Below are positions 61,707 to 64,000 of a stretch of 64,000 bases of DNA, piece by piece. The notes under the pieces were generated by a model. It was not told the DNA's origin, made no database searches, and was given only the letters and a program-made list of their open reading frames with translations. The position numbers were made by a program, and so were the translations under genes. The stretch's first letter is position 1. Every line of letters begins with the position of its first letter. This stretch comes from Vicugna vicugna. Its lineage: Eukaryota. Location: NCBI GenBank assembly GCA_013265495.1, contig MU057989.1:573513-637512 (forward strand), read 5' to 3'.

Positions 61707-63785
61707 GTACCACGGCCGCTCTCGCCTGCCCTCCTCCCTGTGCCCTGCTGCAGGGAACAGCGGCTACGATCGGGTTGGGGCTGCTTGGTGTCGAGACCTG
61801 TAAGCACGCTGCTTTGTTGTTTATCAGCGCTTGGCTCTTAAACTGCTCAGTAGTCATCTTTGCTACTAATACTCTTACCTGTGGTTCCAAGAATGGCCAG
61901 AGTTCTTTATGGCTTGGTGTTTCTCACAGAGACCTCGGGAACACTCTGCCTCTGCCGCTGAGCTGGATTCCGCTCTTTTTGGGTCCAGACTGCTCTGAAA
62001 GCAGCTCCATCCCTTATGGTCAGAGAATTAATGCACAAAGAAGGAACTGACATAAGCCTCTCTGCTGTTAATGTTATTCTAACTTCTACTTTCTTGCTGC
62101 AAAAGATTCAAACAATAAAATGTGTGGAGCAAATGTGGGTGCTCCCCTGGGTTCTTGCTCGTGTCTCACCCCCACCCTAGACGGGTCATGGCCAGGGGCT
62201 TGAGGGTGTGTCCCTCCAACTTGCCTTTCCACACATGTACATGTGCACAAACACACACACATGCACACATTCAATCAGACATGGACACAATGGTCACCTG
62301 AAACACTTTTTAACCTAAATGGGACCAGACTGTATATGGTTCTGCACCTGTCTTTTTAAAGTATTATTAAATATATATCAAAACTCTTCCCATGTTAGTA
62401 AAGTATAAATCTGCTTCATTCTTTCTGACAGCTTCATGATATCCCATAGTATGGCTGTACCCATAATTTATTTGGGCATTCTATGTTGATAGCTATTTAA
62501 GTATTTCCACGCTTTCCCTTATACATATGTCTTTCTGCATATCTGCACAAGTGATTCTTTAGCTTGCATCATTAAAAGTGGAATTCTTAGGTCAAAGGTT
62601 ATATAAATTTTTATTTTGATACATGCTACTAAATTACCCTATATTTGCCTTTAAAACATTTCTTACCTACCACCTGTTAATTTTGGGGGCACAGTTGCAT
62701 TGTTATGTACTTGATACTTGTAAGTGGTGAATCATCTTCATCATGTTATATTAACTTCTCTTGTTAGCTGCTTTTTCTTATCTAGGCTCAGCTACTTTTA
62801 TTTATTGCATTTCTTTTTTTCATAGGATAATTAGATGCTCTGATTTCCTTTCTCTTCCTTTAATCTTTAGCAGCTTCATGACATAAATGGATGCTACAGG
62901 TTATGACTCCCGTTCTATTGATGGGAGCCAAGGCTCTGAGAAGTGTGGGATTGGCTCAGTAGAACCTCATGGGGCACTGGGGCTCCTCAGTCCTCCTGCT
63001 GACCCCTCAGACTGCAGAAGTAAGATCACAGGGTTCGCTTCTAAAGACAATAAATCGGTTCTTCAAACAACACAGGAGCTGCATTTTATCTGACCAGGGG
63101 AGAGTTTCTGTAAACCACTGTCAGTACTCCTCTCCAGGCCTGCCCTGAGTGAGCTCCTCCGAGCTGCCCTCACGGCCTTTCTCCCGAGGCCTTGCCCTGG
63201 CATCACAGTGGCCCTTTCTCAGTCTTCGGGTGTGGGTGCAGCTCTCTGCCTCCATCCAGGAAGGACAGCCCCTGACTTTTGGCAGAAGTCACATCGAGAC
63301 AGCATTGCCTTGCAGAGGAGGGGTGGGGAATCACTTAGATAATGATGGTGTTTTGAAAGGTGAGCTAGTGTGATACTTTTTTTTTTTTTTTTACTTTTTG
63401 ATGCTGAGGCCTAGCTCCAAGTCCAAGCGGCATCGGTCCATAAAGGGAAAATGTATTCCTTTATTCAACAGGTAGCACGTCTGTTCATGCATGTACACTA
63501 GTGATGGGGTTCAGTGATGCTCCCTAAAACACGTACAGGATGCATGTTTATTTTTCTGATTTATGTTTTGTGCTTGTAGCTGGTTGTCCTCTTCCTCTTT
63601 GTCAGAGTGAAATACAGAAAATCGATGACCTTTTTTGACAGTTCTGATTAGTTGGATGCTACTTAAGTCCACTTTTTAGCGTGATTCTCTCTCCCACTTC
63701 TCTGAAGGAAAGCAGATCGTGAATGCCATTCTCCTGCCTTGTTTTACAGGATTTCATAATCTCTTCACGCTTTTGTTCTCCTCAG

Positions 63786-63841
63786 GAAGACCCAGCAAGC
63801 GCGTCGTGGGCACAATGCAAGGTGGAGACTTGGACGACGAC
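63786..63841 (+). CDS. CLUAP1: CLUAP1 exon 11 (gene continues beyond the window)
   Basis: RPSKRVVGTMQGGDLDDD; ctcag| and |gtgagt; 56 nt; cumulative CDS 1092 nt with no stop. Confidence 0.93.
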
Positions 63842-64000
63842 GTGAGTCCCCACCCGCTCCCTGGCAGTGCTGTTGTATCCGGGCCTGGGCCGGCCTCGCG
63901 GACTAGGCTGGCCGGGGGGCCGGGCGCACATCACCAGCCTAGCGCCAGGTGCTGCTTCTCAGCCCAGCCTGTCACTGGGTTTGTGGCAGAGTTTGGCCTC

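Overview
Mammalian genomic DNA, almost certainly a camelid (alpaca/llama/camel), judged from 12 copies of a tRNA-Ala(AGC)-derived SINE of the camelid Vic-1 type. The window is syntenic with the human 16p13.3 NAA60-C16orf90-CLUAP1 block. (1) NAA60 (+): CpG-island first exon ending at 4899, five coding exons (18738-25125, 729 nt, 242 aa), a minor-spliceosome AT-AC intron at 23944-24968, a probable 3'UTR intron (25292-26126) and AATAAA at 27515. (2) C16orf90 orthologue (-): three coding exons (30792-29384, 185 aa). (3) CLUAP1/IFT38 (+): coding exons 1-11 (38214-63841, 1092 nt in frame); the last exon lies beyond the window. The rest is introns and intergenic DNA with SINEs, L1/L2 fragments, MER DNA-transposon relics, an ERV LTR and a 17-N gap. 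I see no new multi-gene system. The best leads are: a stack of RNA-processing switches at the NAA60 3' end (U12 intron, in-frame retention and bypass routes that remove the Golgi anchor, an NMD-type 3'UTR intron, a hairpin-masked intronic polyA signal); a perfect D-box plus many E-box/GASE-like motifs in NAA60; RFX X-boxes at both divergent promoters; and two unusual retrotransposition scars. Repeat family names come from visual recognition, not a database search, and repeat boundaries are approximate.
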